From contig CM114271.1 of NCBI GenBank assembly GCA_050084515.1, positions 42,904,001-42,968,000 on the forward strand: a stretch of 64,000 bases of DNA, read 5' to 3'. The translations under genes were made by a program, and so were the position numbers. Every line of letters begins with the position of its first letter. Positions within the stretch are counted from its first letter, which is position 1. Source of the DNA: Blasia pusilla (lineage: Eukaryota). A model generated the notes under the pieces. That model was not told where the DNA came from, made no database searches, and saw only the letters and a program-made list of their open reading frames with translations. Below are positions 1-11,830 of the stretch, in pieces.

Positions 1-422
1 GTGCTTCACTTGAAGACGAAGCTCTTTCTCCTAATCTGAAGACGAAGCGCTCCATTCTTCGCTCTTATTCCAGGGGCTTCGTTCTTCGTGCTTCGATAAA
101 GAGCAAAGTACTTCTTCCTCTTCTTCTTCATCATGTTTCGTTCAAGAGTGAAGCACTTCATAAACAGGTTCTTAATAAGGCTTTGTTGTCTTTTCCAAGC
201 TTCGCTCTTAGTCTTTAGACTTCATTATTGCATTTCTATCTCCTCTAAGGCAAATCCTTGATTTTTCATCTCTCTGCCTTTTCTTAGGAGCTTCATGATT
301 TCTTTCAATATTAGTCATTCTTCTACTACACAAACATAATATCCAAAATCATTATGTATACACAAGTTTTCTTCGAATAAAAAGCTCTAAATCTTCAAAA
401 GTACAAAATTGCGGGCATCACA
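1..422 (-). mobile_element. Terminus of an LTR (probably Gypsy-type) running off the left edge
   Basis: Plus strand ends ...AAAATTGCGGGCATCACA at 422 (minus strand begins TGTGATGCCCGC, an LTR-type TG start) and abuts a cleanly truncated Copia LTR at 423. The orientation is inferred. Confidence 0.5.
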
Positions 423-574
423 ATAGGGTTAGGGTTGCTTGCACATACCCTATACAATTGAGAAGAGGACCAGCCTCCACTCATTCTCTCATTGCAAATT
501 TCGTTCTCCATGGTGGTGTGTGCGTGTGTGAGAGCCGTTTTCTACCAATTATGTTTGTTTAGCAATTTTCCACA
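423..574 (+). mobile_element. 3' part of a Copia LTR (same family as LTRs at 14992, 19974, 54478) inserted into the Gypsy RT
   Basis: Reverse complement of about 54478-54627 (TGTGGAAAACTGCTAAACAAGCATAATTGG...). It ends TTTTCCACA at 574, exactly where the Gypsy RT reading frame breaks. Confidence 0.85.
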
Positions 575-2480
575 AGAAGAGCATAGTAGTTCCTAACTAT
601 CACTTTATTCGGCACTCGATAATCAACACAGAGTGTCAAATTTCCATCTTTCTTCTTCACAAAGAGAACGGGCGCTCCATAAGGTGACTTGCTAGTTTGG
701 ATGTAACCTCTCTCTAGGAGTTCACCCAACTGTTTCTTCAACTCAACAAGTTCTTCTTGATTCAACCTATATGGCACCTTTGAAGGTGGTTGAGATCCGG
801 GTATCACCTCTCTCTTATGATCAACCGCCCTATGTGGTGGCAACTCAGTCGGAAGCTCCTTAGTCAAGACATCTCCAAATTCTTTCACAACTCTCTTGAG
901 TGTTTCAGGGATTCCCCTTGACGCTGAGTTCTGATCTTTGCATCTCGTGCTTGGATCATCCTCTACTTGTCTCATCAAGCAAAGTTATCCTTCCTCTAAC
1001 TTGGTCAAACTTGTCCTCGTGATGGCACTCAACAACTCCATTTTTCTAAGAACCTCACAAACCAATTTGACGTTCGTCCATTTTCCCTTAACCAAGACGC
1101 TTAACCTCAAAGGTCTTTGCCCCAGTTCCACCTCATACGCATCCAAGACTCCATCGCTTCCGTCCATGTCGCAAATTGTGAAATTCTCCTTCAACTCGAA
1201 TACTCCGCATCCCACACCTAGTCTTAAAACCAGCTTGAGGTCTGGTGGGAGTTGCCTCCCGCAAATCCTACCCTAATGGGTTCATCTGCCTTGGTGGTTG
1301 GCAATCCCAACGTCTTCACGATTCTCGGGCTTAAGAATGAGTGTGAAACACATGTATCAACGAGCAACATCACATTGTAATTACCGATCTTGGATCCTAG
1401 GTAAACCAAATTGGGCGTTCTCTTGGTGATTTGGAAAGATGTATCTAGGTCTTCCGCCGATAAGTGCTTAGTAGCAAATGCAATCATCCTCGGTTTACTA
1501 ACCTTGGGCCTCACACATTCCTTAGCCATATGCACATGTTCGCCATAATTGTAGCAAATCACTTTGGCGTTTGCTGACTTCGGGAACGCTGGACCTCTTG
1601 GCTTCGTGTTGAGTTCCACTCATATCGATGCTAGGGCAAGAGACCCTCCGTAGTCGCGCTCACCCCCATTCCAAACCCTCTTGTATGCCCCTTTGTTTTT
1701 TGGTAACTTAGAAAATATTTTCGGCTCAAAGGGTTTTTGGTTTTGGACTTCATCATCCCCTATCCGCTGTGCTAACCTCAGAAGCTCCGCGCACGTCTCT
1801 GGAATGTGAGGCATACGAAAGAGGGCCTTTTCGGCGCTCGATTAGAGTCCACTTAAGAAGATCAACTTCTTTGTAAACTCATCCATGGAAAGTGAGCTCA
1901 TTTATGCTTTGAACTCTTGCACATCAGCGCTAAGGGATCCGCTTTGGCGCAACCTCACAAACTCCATGCCATCGCGATACTCCTGATATTCTGGAGTGAA
2001 TCGGTTACCAATCAACCCCTTGAAATCTTCCCAACTCAAAGTTCTTCCACGGCCAAGATGTTCCTTACGGTGAGCCATCCACCACTGGAGAGCGTGATCC
2101 TTCAGAAACGTGACTGCTACAGTCACCTTGTCTAGCTCATCTGCCCTTTGCGCTTCGAAGTAAAGTTTGAGTTCCGTTAGAAACTCGCTCACTTTCTAAG
2201 AACGCCCCATTCCTATGAATGACGTTAGGAAATTTGTCTTACAAAACTTCTTGCTGGAACTAGAGGCTCCATTCGACTTGAGTTCTACAATCACCTTGCT
2301 CTGTTCGGCCATATGGTCCGCCATCACCTTCATCGAATCCATCGTCTGGATATAAAAGGCCGGGTCATTTGAGTTTGGAGATGAAGGCCCCGTGGAAAGA
2401 TTTGCATTTGGAACATCCTCATGTCTCGGACTCGGCACTTTGGGAGTCGCTATCTCTTCCTCTGGCTTATGGTCCATCAT
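575..2480 (-). pseudogene. Ty3/Gypsy gag-protease-RT, frameshifted and interrupted
   Basis: Retrotrans gag (FLKDHALQWW...SWEDFK...LRQSGS), decayed zinc knuckle (CYNYGEHVHMAKEC), protease (LLVDTCVSHSF) and RT start (LPPHRAVDH...[23 protein letters not shown]), split over several ORFs. Confidence 0.92.
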
Positions 2481-2697
2481 TAATTTGTCTCTCGGTTTTT
2501 TTTATTTGACTCGCGGCTTCCTTGGTTCTTCGCCCGTGGTCGCCATTTGCGAGTCCTTGGTTTCTCAGATCTCCTCCTTGTCTCTTGCATTCCTCCTCAA
2601 GTGTTGCGGTCTTCTAGCTACCTTGAGTTCTTCTCAAACGTCCAGATCTTCTACGACCCCAAGTTCAGGCTCACCAAGGATTTGTTCCAATACCGCG

Positions 2698-3713
2698 TGT
2701 CGTGCGCCTACTCTTCTTGAACGTTAATCTTTGTTATTGCGTAAGTGTGCATTCAGTAGGTCATGATCTCAATGTTGATCTACATCCATACACGCACTCT
2801 GGTTAGTTGGGTCTCGACCAATCAGTGGGCTAAATTTCTGAGTTCTCGTCTCGGTCTCTCATCAAGCTCAACCTTCCTAGTCTTGCGGTTTACAACACAG
2901 GCAAGTCTCGAAAGACTTGGGACAGACTTTCTGGTCGGTTCAGGAACTTCAAATGGCGTTTCACGCGTGGCGGTTCAAACTTTCCGATGGACATCCAATG
3001 AGTCCCTAATCGAGACTCACACAAAATGAATCAGGGGTCACAATCCAAGTGTGGCGTACAAAGTCCACTCCCTTGGATTAGGTTTGGGTTTCGAATTCCA
3101 ATGCCAAACTCCCGTTCCATCCCGTGCCCTTGAGATGCCGTTTGGTGCTCAAAAATGGGAATTTGTGTTCCAAGACATCTTGGGGAGACTCCTCCCTTAC
3201 TAGTACTTCTGGGAATCTCCGGGGTCCCCCTAACTTTAGGGAAAGACAGTCGGGCCCCTCAAATTGGCCCTCAACCCAATTGCTCTCATAGTTGTTTTTG
3301 GCCAATATCTCAGCCTCTACTTATGCGTTTGCTAAGATCTTTCAAGCGTTGAAAGAACCACAAGATAAGCTTTCCAACCCAGTCTTACTTGTCCCAAATG
3401 CATCTTGGAGATAAACATTGTGGTCCGAAATAAAACACCCCAAACTCTAGTAACGTTCCAAAACTGGTTCTCACCTCTTTGGAAACCAACCTTCCAAGAC
3501 TCAACTCATCTCAAGTCTTGGTTTGCGTTTGGTCTAGGTTTCTTGGTCGCAACCACTAACGCATGAAATGCACAACTCTATTCCGCGTTTTGTCTCTTGG
3601 ATTTTTCCAAGAGACCTTTCCAAAAGCCTCTCCAAAGCGCAATCATCGCAACGTGAGTCTGATGTTCCGCTTGGCACCTATTTGTTGTTCGTTTGGTTAT
3701 GAGGGTCACGACA
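2698..3713 (-). mobile_element. 5' LTR of the Gypsy element (about 1.0 kb)
   Basis: Perfect 7-bp inverted termini TGTCGTG...CACGACA, collinear with 38472-39502. A degenerate PBS-like CGGTATTGGAAC follows on the minus strand, ahead of gag. Confidence 0.9.
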
Positions 3714-6700
3714 AGAAATGTATGTTATGTAGCGATGCGTATGCGCATGACAATTGTCACATGTGAGTAGCCGATAGGCCGAGATCTATCGTGGATAGGG
3801 CATAGGAGCCAACGGACTGTCTTGAGTGTAACTTTGTCCCGAGATGTCGGATGAGGTTGAGGATAGGTCGGTTGTTTCAGGAACATAGGTCTTTCACAAT
3901 CGGATGACTTGTTGATCAGGTCATCCGCCCTTGGTAACCTGTGCGTGCAGGTTACCAAGAGAATAGCTATTATTAGGGAAAGAGCCTTTTGGCTCTTCCC
4001 AACCCTATATAAGGGAGGAAGATGGCTTTCCCAAGCCATCTTTCTCATGTTGGGTTGTTGGAGCTCCTCTCTTGTTGTGTGTGAGATAGGACCAGGGTGA
4101 TAGCGTCTGGATTTCCTAAGATTACCCTACTGATGAACCTACTATACCCGGATTTAGTAGGTTCACCTAAACCCTAAATGTGAATCCAAAACTGCCCTCC
4201 ACAGATTCCCTTAGCAATACAGAGAAAAATTATGTACAGTGCTATAGAGGGGAATTTTTGTAGATTTCAATACACAAGTGTATATGGTAAGTAGATTAAT
4301 TACATTACCCAGTATTTGCAGGTCTAAATCAAGGAGTGTAAAAGCATGGAAGCACCCATCTTCAGTTGGTTTGAATCTACGAGTCTAAATACAGGGTGTA
4401 CTCATTTCATTTCCCAAATTTTCCAAGAAAACATATCACGAAATAGCTAAACTTGAATGCAGTGCCCCCCTCCAAGGTTTCCCTACCCAATGTAGGGGAA
4501 TTTGCAGTGCCATATGGCACTTAAGATTTCCCTATTTTGTCATGGATGGAATGTCCATTTCTGATCCAGTCTGAAGATGTTAATCTTGTGGTTGGCCAAT
4601 GCCATGGTGATTTCATGGCACAAATTGAAGCGGGGATTTATGCACAACCAGATGCACTGGGATTGGCAAGTGATATCACATGATGGTTTGAATTTATGTA
4701 AACCTTCTTGTCCTAGATTGAATCCTGGAAACCTACTCCAAGGCATATTGGCTCTTGAATTGATGTCATGGTGCAATTTCGTGTAGAAATAGACTTTACT
4801 TCGGGTACAAATCGAGTTCATGTCTTATTGTGAATTCTGGTAGGATATGTGCACAGTCTCAAGATGTACCAAGTGGAATGTTTGTTAATCATAATCCAAC
4901 AATCCCTATTGTCCCCTAAACCCTAAAATTTTTCTCTTGTCATGCGTTTAGGCTACTGGCATCTTTTGTCGTAAGAGAGGAAACCTAAGAAGTTCATCTA
5001 CATCCAAATACACCTCGTGTGGATACCCTAAACCGATTGTGGCAATTCAAAGAGGTTCACCACATTTTGCCCAACCCACGCAAGGAAGCAACGATTCGCT
5101 GGAAATTCAAGGATACTACGACACCCACGCGAGGAAGCAACGATTTTCCATAAAAATAAGGAGAAATTTTTGGCGATTTGTGAGACAATTCAAAATATCA
5201 TGGGCTTAGAACATTTAACTTACTCGTTCGCGCATTCCACTCCCTGCTCATGCATTACCATCCATGTAATTTGCAGCAATGTCCACTTGGAAGTTCAACA
5301 TCATGTCGGTGCAATTTGCGAACATCGACTACAGCACATGTATCCGAATAAATCATTCAGATTTATACAAAAGACATATCAGATTGCGTGGGAGCCAATC
5401 AAAGACCAAAATCTGGACCTCTACGCCCTAGACAACTTTCAAAAAGCATTTGCCACGCAAAGTATGTCGATGGGTTCCTACTCACCTAATTCTTATACAA
5501 CTTGCTTCGATGAATGCCCCGCACCCTCCACAGACTTCCAGAAATCTTATGCTTGCAAGGCCTCAAACACGGAACAAGCCTCAAACTCGAAGTGCACGAC
5601 TTTGATGACTAAATCACCATGGAATCGATCTTCATGCCTAAGTAAACCCTAAACAAAAATCCCCCGCCCTCCAGAGACACGTGCTCCATAGGCCGATACA
5701 CAACCGTGCACAAATCGCCTCCCAATCGGCTACTCTCACGTTATAAAATCGCATGCAAATTCGACGCAGACTCCCTCAAAGTGCTGACTCCTAAATCGCC
5801 ATGGATTCTGGCAGCTCAGGAACAAAATCAACCACAAACGCGATGACAAATGAATAACGTTGTCGTCCTAACTTTTTTTCCCACTGCGGTAGCGAAACAA
5901 TGAGAAAATTGGCGGAAACCTAGGGGCCGTGAACTACAAACACGAGGAAAAAAATTCGAGAAATTTGAACGCGATTGCCGAGCGATTCATTAGCGTGAAT
6001 GGCGGGTGGAGGCGGATGGGTCTCATGAGATGATGGCATGGTATGGTATGGTGTGGTGGCATGGTATGCCTCCGACTCATGGGCAGACATCATCCCATGC
6101 ATATATTCATCATACATTACTATGTGCATGTATTACCATGCTCATGTACATAGTAATCATGCGACTCCATGCATATGCCATGATCCCACGGTGCCGCTAG
6201 CGTCGGCCATACCGATAAGAAATGTGCGAGGTTATTTGGTGAACACTCTGCGGATTGCGGGTCTCATCGCCACCGGCCCGGGTCGGAGAGGGCGATAGTA
6301 GTACGTGTGCAACGTATAATGCCAGGGCAGTGTTTCCAATGTTCGGAGAGATCCGGGGTTACGAGTAACCCCGGCCGGCAGTTTTCAAAAATTGCCGACG
6401 ACCCTAAACGACCACCGGCAGAAGTTCTAGGAGAAATTCAGGAGATAACGGAAACTAACGGGAGAGATGATAAGACGTCGGAATGTGACTGTTTCTCGGC
6501 AGGAATTTGCCAGAATGTGGCCGCTCCCGGGTAGGGAAGCCGGTTTCCGGCTGGAGTGGTTTTCCTGGTGGACGGTTATTTCCCGTTTGGGGTGCTCGCC
6601 GTCGGAAATACAGGAGTGGCCAGGATTCACTTAGGGGTAGGCGGCTGAATCCACATCATCCACTCAAATGTGTGCCCTAATGCCCGTTTAGGGCACACTA

Positions 6701-6889
6701 ATTTGAGCCATCCGATCTGAATCGGACGGCTCAAAGTTTGGGTCCCATTATCTCTCCCATATCTCCCAGGGGCCCGTAGGGGGGTGGAGACCCCACTACG
6801 GGCCCCTGGGAGACTCATTCTCCCCATCTCCTTGTCCGAGTCCTCCGTCCGAGTCCTCGTCCGACTGCTGCCTATATAGCCAGCAGCCT

Positions 6890-7720
6890 GCCTCCGAAAC
6901 TCCGCTCCGTGACCCCGACGCCCCGTCTCGTGACTCGCGTTCCTGAATCCGTCTCGACTCTCGATGTTGTGCTACGGGGAAGCTGGAATCTAGTCTGATT
7001 TGCATCACACAACTTTCCGAGTTCTGTGGCAACTTCTGCCTCTACAGCAAGCCTCTGAAACTCCGCTCCGTGGGACTGTGACTTCGTCTCATGACTCTCG
7101 TTGCTGAATCCGTCTCAATGTTGTGCTGCTGGGAAGCTGAAATTTAGGCTGTCCGAGTTCTGCCTCTATAGCCTTCTTCCGAAAATCCGCTCCGTGACTC
7201 CGTCTCGTGACTCTCGTTGCTGACTCCGTCTTGGGAAGTTGGAATCTAGGCCGATTTGTTGCACTGGATCACGTTTTTGTTGGTTGTGTAACTCAATGGA
7301 TTTTTTTAGGTTTGACGAGGTTTGACAGGTTGCATTGCAATCTTGTAGGGTTGCATTGCTGCTCTTAGCCTGGGTTGCATTGTTGCTCTTAGCCTGGGTT
7401 GCCTGGGTTGCATTGCTGCTCTTAGCTCTTTAGGTCGCGTTGCTGCTCGCAGCCTGGGCCGATTTGCTTTTGGCTGCTATCGGGTCGCGTTGCCGCTAGG
7501 AGCCTCGATTGCGTTGCTGCTCTTAGCCTGGGTTGATTTCTTCTCGTTTCTGTTGGGGCGCGTCGTTGCTCGTAGCCTTGGCCAATTTTCCTTTGGTTCC
7601 TGTTGGGTCGCGTAGCGAGGGCCAATTTTCTTCTGCTTTATGTTAGGTCGCGTTGCTGCTCGCAGCCTAGGCCGATTTGCTTTTGGCGGCTACCGGGTAC
7701 CGTTGCCGCTAGGAGCCTCG
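6890..7720 (+). repeat. GC-rich imperfect tandem repeats in the hAT leader
   Basis: Three copies of a CTCCGCTCCGTG...CGTCTCGTGACTC...GGGAAGCTGGAATCTAG unit (about 6890-7250), then repeated TTGCATTGCTGCTCTTAGCCTGGG units and a duplicated TAGGTCGCGTTGCTGCTCGCAGCC...GGAGCCTCG block. Confidence 0.8.
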
Positions 7721-7853
7721 GTTTCTGAGTTTTCTTTGCTGCTGCTCTGCTAAGCCACACTCTTTATCCAACGAGCCAACGAGTTTTGACAGGTTTACAG
7801 ATTGTAGTCTAGATCAGTTTGGGCATTAGGTAGGTAGTTTTTGAGAAGTGCAC

Positions 7854-10078
7854 ATGGCCAAGAGACAGAAGACAATGACTGCGTTCCTAGGTAAGGAACG
7901 CACATATGATGGGCCTGACATTATCGCATTGTCTGGCTCATCTGATGAAGGAGACGAGCAGCCTCCATCGGGAAGCAGTGCAGCTATATCCGAAAAAGTT
8001 CGTGCAACATGGAAGGATGTTTGGTATTCAATGTTTGATTGGATTGATTTTGAACCAGTTCTTGGTAGAATATTTTGTAAAGTTTGTAGGAAGGGGAAGG
8101 GGAAGAGTGTCATTGCAAGAGATGGAGCAATTAATTGCAAGGTTTCAGCCTTCACTGACCATGCAAAGTCCAACGAGCACATTAAGCTTGCATGGGCTGC
8201 TAATGGGGGTAAGAAGTCGATGGCAAAGGCCATTTCCACAACCAACTGAACTTGCGAAGTCGCTTTGGTGACACTGTTTAAGTGCGCATACTTCCTTGCG
8301 AAGGAAGCTATGCCATTTCTGAAATTTCCCAATCTCTGTAAGTTGCTGATTTCTGTCAATGCTCCCATAACCAGAGACTTTTACCAAGATGAAAAGAGTT
8401 GTAGTGAAATGTCTTATTTTATTAGCCAAGTTTTGCATAGAAGAACTCTTGCTAGAGTTCAAGCCTCTCCTTTCTTTGGAATTATGATCAATGAATCAAC
8501 AGACATATCTGTAACAGGGCATTTGGTCGTCTTCGCCACTTTCATTGAAGAAGGGCAGGCACAATGTTGTTTTCTAGGACTACTTCGCTGTGAATCAAAA
8601 TGTTCTAATGCTATTACTGAAAGCTTGCTGCAACTAATCAAAGATGGAGGGTTGGAATTCTCCAAAATGATAGCATTTGGTTCAGATGGTGCATCAACAA
8701 TGGTAGGTAGCCAGACAAGGGTAGCCTCCCAAATGAGGCAGAAGGTAAACCCTTACATTCTTTCAGTTCATTGTGTAGCCCATAGAACGAATCTGGCTGC
8801 TTTGTCTGCTGCAAAAGCTCCTGATTGCAAGTTAATATCCTCCGAAGTTGATTCAATTCTCAATGCTATAGCTAGTTACTTTAGAAGGTCGTCCAAGAGG
8901 AAGACAATTCTAGCATCTTTGCAGGAAAAGTTCAATGACTCCCAACGAGTCATGAAGAGATACCACAAGATTCGATGGTTATCCCGGTGGCAAGCTGTGA
9001 CCACATTGTGTGATTCGTTAGAATCAGTACTGACATACTTTAGAGATATTCCTCCTTCAGAGGACGATGGGAATGCAGTGAATTTATTCAACAAGCTGAG
9101 ATCATTCCAAATGATCTATCAATTGTATTTTTTGGCTGATATTCTTTCCATGCTTGCAAATCTGAGTAAGATATTTCAGTGCAAGTTTGTGGATGTTAGC
9201 ACTATAGGGAGCATTTTCAATTCAGAGATAGCTAGGATTACCATGAATTTTGTCATGGAAACTCATGACTTGAATGTTTCAACCTTCTTTGAAGATACAG
9301 GTTACCATTTACTTCCTGACTTTGGGCCGCCTGGTGGTTATCTTCGTTGTTTACAGTCTGAGATTAGGGGAAACAAATTTCATAGTATAAATATGTCTCG
9401 GGATCGGACAGGAAAGGACTTGGAGGCTACCTTGTTCTTTCAGAAAAGGTTTTTGAAAGTGTGTGTGCAGCGTTACACGAACGATTTCGAGATAACAACC
9501 TCATTGGTTCAATGAGAATCCTCAATCCTCTACACATGCCTTCTAGGCAAGTGGGATTGAATAGTTGGAGATGTAAGGATTTAGATGACTTGTGTGGTTT
9601 TTTCGGAGCTCAATTGCCATTGCGGGGTAAGTTGCAACAAGCTGTCATTAATTCTCCGATTATTAAGCAAGAGTTTCAGTCTTTCAAATTGATGGCTACT
9701 ACTGAGTGGAAGGATCGAAATTTCAGAGACTTGTGGGCTATGGTAAGTTGGAGTCCCTCCTTGCAATGTAAGTTTTCCAATCTGCTGATTTTGGCAAATG
9801 TAGCTAGAGTCCAGTGTGTTAGTACTGCCATAAGTGAGAGGGCTTTTTCCATTCAAAATATGATAAAGACTGAATCTCGTAATAGGCTGACCACCAAGTA
9901 TTTGGATGCCGTCTTGAGGATTGCCTTAGAAGGACCTTCCTCTGATTCTGAGGAGATATTGTCTGAGTCTGTGGTACTGTGGAAGAATTCTGCTCATTTT
10001 AGGTATTTGTTTGCAAATCCAGATAGATATATCTCTCCGAGTGAAGAAGTGGAACCTACTGAAATCCCTGTAGATTAG
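7854..10078 (+). pseudogene. hAT transposase, ZNF862/DUF4371-like, with N-terminal TTF-type zinc finger and C-terminal hATC domain
   Basis: Motifs W..MFDWI...IFCKVC...H..S.EH; MINESTD (DESTD with D>N); GSDGA; HCVAHRTNLA; IRWLS; STAISERAFS.QN.IKT..RNRL. One in-frame TGA at 8247-8249 and one frameshift near 9450-9460. Confidence 0.92.
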
Positions 10079-11830
10079 ACTACTGTAGGAAGTAGGGCCC
10101 TTTTTGAATACTTGGAGCCATGAGGCTCCAAGTATTCAAGAGGGGAAGGATCCTTGGCTCCCAACAGGTGGGAGTTTTGACAGGTTCAACTCCTGCCAAG
10201 GATGACTATACAATGATTTATGACGTAGATAGGAATCATAGGATTCTCTGTAAGATAAAATGATTTAGGAGTTATCTCACAATATTTCATGTAGAAAACA
10301 AATTATCTACATATTAAGTTGAGGTATTTGGTAGGTGGACTCTGGATTCTGGATTTTGTATGTTTGGAATGTGGAGAATAGAAATAGTGACTTCACAATA
10401 CTTTCTGAGTGATTTCTGACGTTCCGGTTTTTTTTTGCCGACTACTAAAATTATGGCCGGAAATTGGAGGGGGGAGAAAAAAAAACACCAGAAATGTGAA
10501 GAAGAGGAATAAGGGATTTTCGAATTTAAATTCACTAAAAAAAATTCCAGAAATAAAAAAGTAAGTTTAAAATCTTCCAAGCTACGACCGGTACCTTTGA
10601 TAGGATAAATTGATAGGATATTACTTATATCCGATGATTTTAAATCCTGAGTGTTTCCTATCCCTTGGCTGGGAACTAGGCCGGGGGAGAATAAAAGCCT
10701 AAAAGAGAACCCTTTAAAATCCTTTGCAGGGCATTTAAAATGCAAACGCTCCCTATACTCCATCGCGCATGTCGTACACCCAAATGGTATTGCGTTTGGA
10801 CACTCCCATCGAGGTTGCCCCAGAGCCATCGTCCAGAATATTGAAAGCTGGTTCAAAACCCGTGACCGAGCCATGATATTACTGCAACTCCCCTCCGTAA
10901 AGAGCCCGAAAAGAAGCGAGCAGCGTTTAGGGTCCTACTCTGGTGCCTGGTAGGAGTGAATCTCTAGAGTCTGGGCGTTACAATGCAGGGACCGGCTAGA
11001 AGGCGGAGCATATGCTCCAATGCTTAACGATCCGGCGGTCGGGAAAGTCGGTGCTATCCGATCGCAGCATCGCCCCACTCAATCTCGAAGAACGACATCG
11101 TCATCATTCATTATCATTATTTTCGATCGGTCGCTCGAAGAACGATATCCTCATCATTTACTATCATTATTTTCGATCGGTCGCCGTCACAGGCCATTTC
11201 CCGCACGCACTCGCGCTCTCCCCTGGCACCCATGCCATCATTCCCGTGCTGCGCGACAGCCGCGACTCAGCGAGCTTTGCTCATTCCGTCCCGCCTCTCC
11301 CGCACCTCCTCCCACCGTTCAAACTTCACACGGCGTGCTCACATCGTACCATCCGTCGCCTTCTGTACAACTTTCGCAACCCTTTTCTCCCTGTACCTTC
11401 CTCGCAGCAGTTGTCAAGTCCCGACCTCTTTCTTCTCTCTCCCCAGAAACTCTGCGTGACCGTCGATCGCAGAGCCCTCGCTCGTTCTTTCGCGAGTCCT
11501 CCATGGCTCTCTGTCCCACCCGCTTTTCATTCAGGCTTTCCTCCCCACCCCAGGAAAGCGAACGAGAGAAGAAGCAGTAGACGGAGGAAGCGAGCTGCCA
11601 CCAATCGATCACGACCGAACTGTCAAGCGCGAACGTGGATGCCAGAACGGCGTCTGCGACGTTGTAGTTGTTTTCCATGGCTCCGCAGTCTTCCCGTATA
11701 GGTGCGGTGCGGCTTGGACATAGGCTATGCAGGAGAAGCACGGAATGGACCTCTAGGCCGGTGATAGTTGTCTGCGGATTTTGTTGTTTTGTTGGAAGTC
11801 GTTATTAAAAAAATAAAAATTGGGTGGGGG

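Larger units (their letters stand above)
6337..10649 (+). mobile_element. hAT DNA transposon with imperfect termini
   Basis: An 8-bp direct repeat AGTGTTTC at 6329-6336 and 10650-10657 (hAT-sized TSD) brackets ends CAATGTT... and ...AATCCTG and encloses a hAT transposase. Confidence 0.65.

Noticed and set aside
4134-4165. 11-bp stem hairpin (a similar one at 13380-13402)
   Set aside because: Isolated short palindromes with no supporting context.
5170-5652. 160-aa ORF as a MULE SWIM-domain remnant
   Set aside because: Only a vague TY...EPI resemblance; the CxC...CxH pattern is not convincingly present.
6200-6300. CGGCCATACC resembling a 5S rRNA start, and a GC hairpin resembling a Helitron end
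   Set aside because: No further 5S similarity; the hairpin is followed by GTAGT rather than CTAG and has no matching 5' end.
11012-11741. Long overlapping ORFs (229, 186 and 140 aa)
   Set aside because: GC-rich repeat-containing DNA is open in several frames on both strands, and no domain is recognisable.
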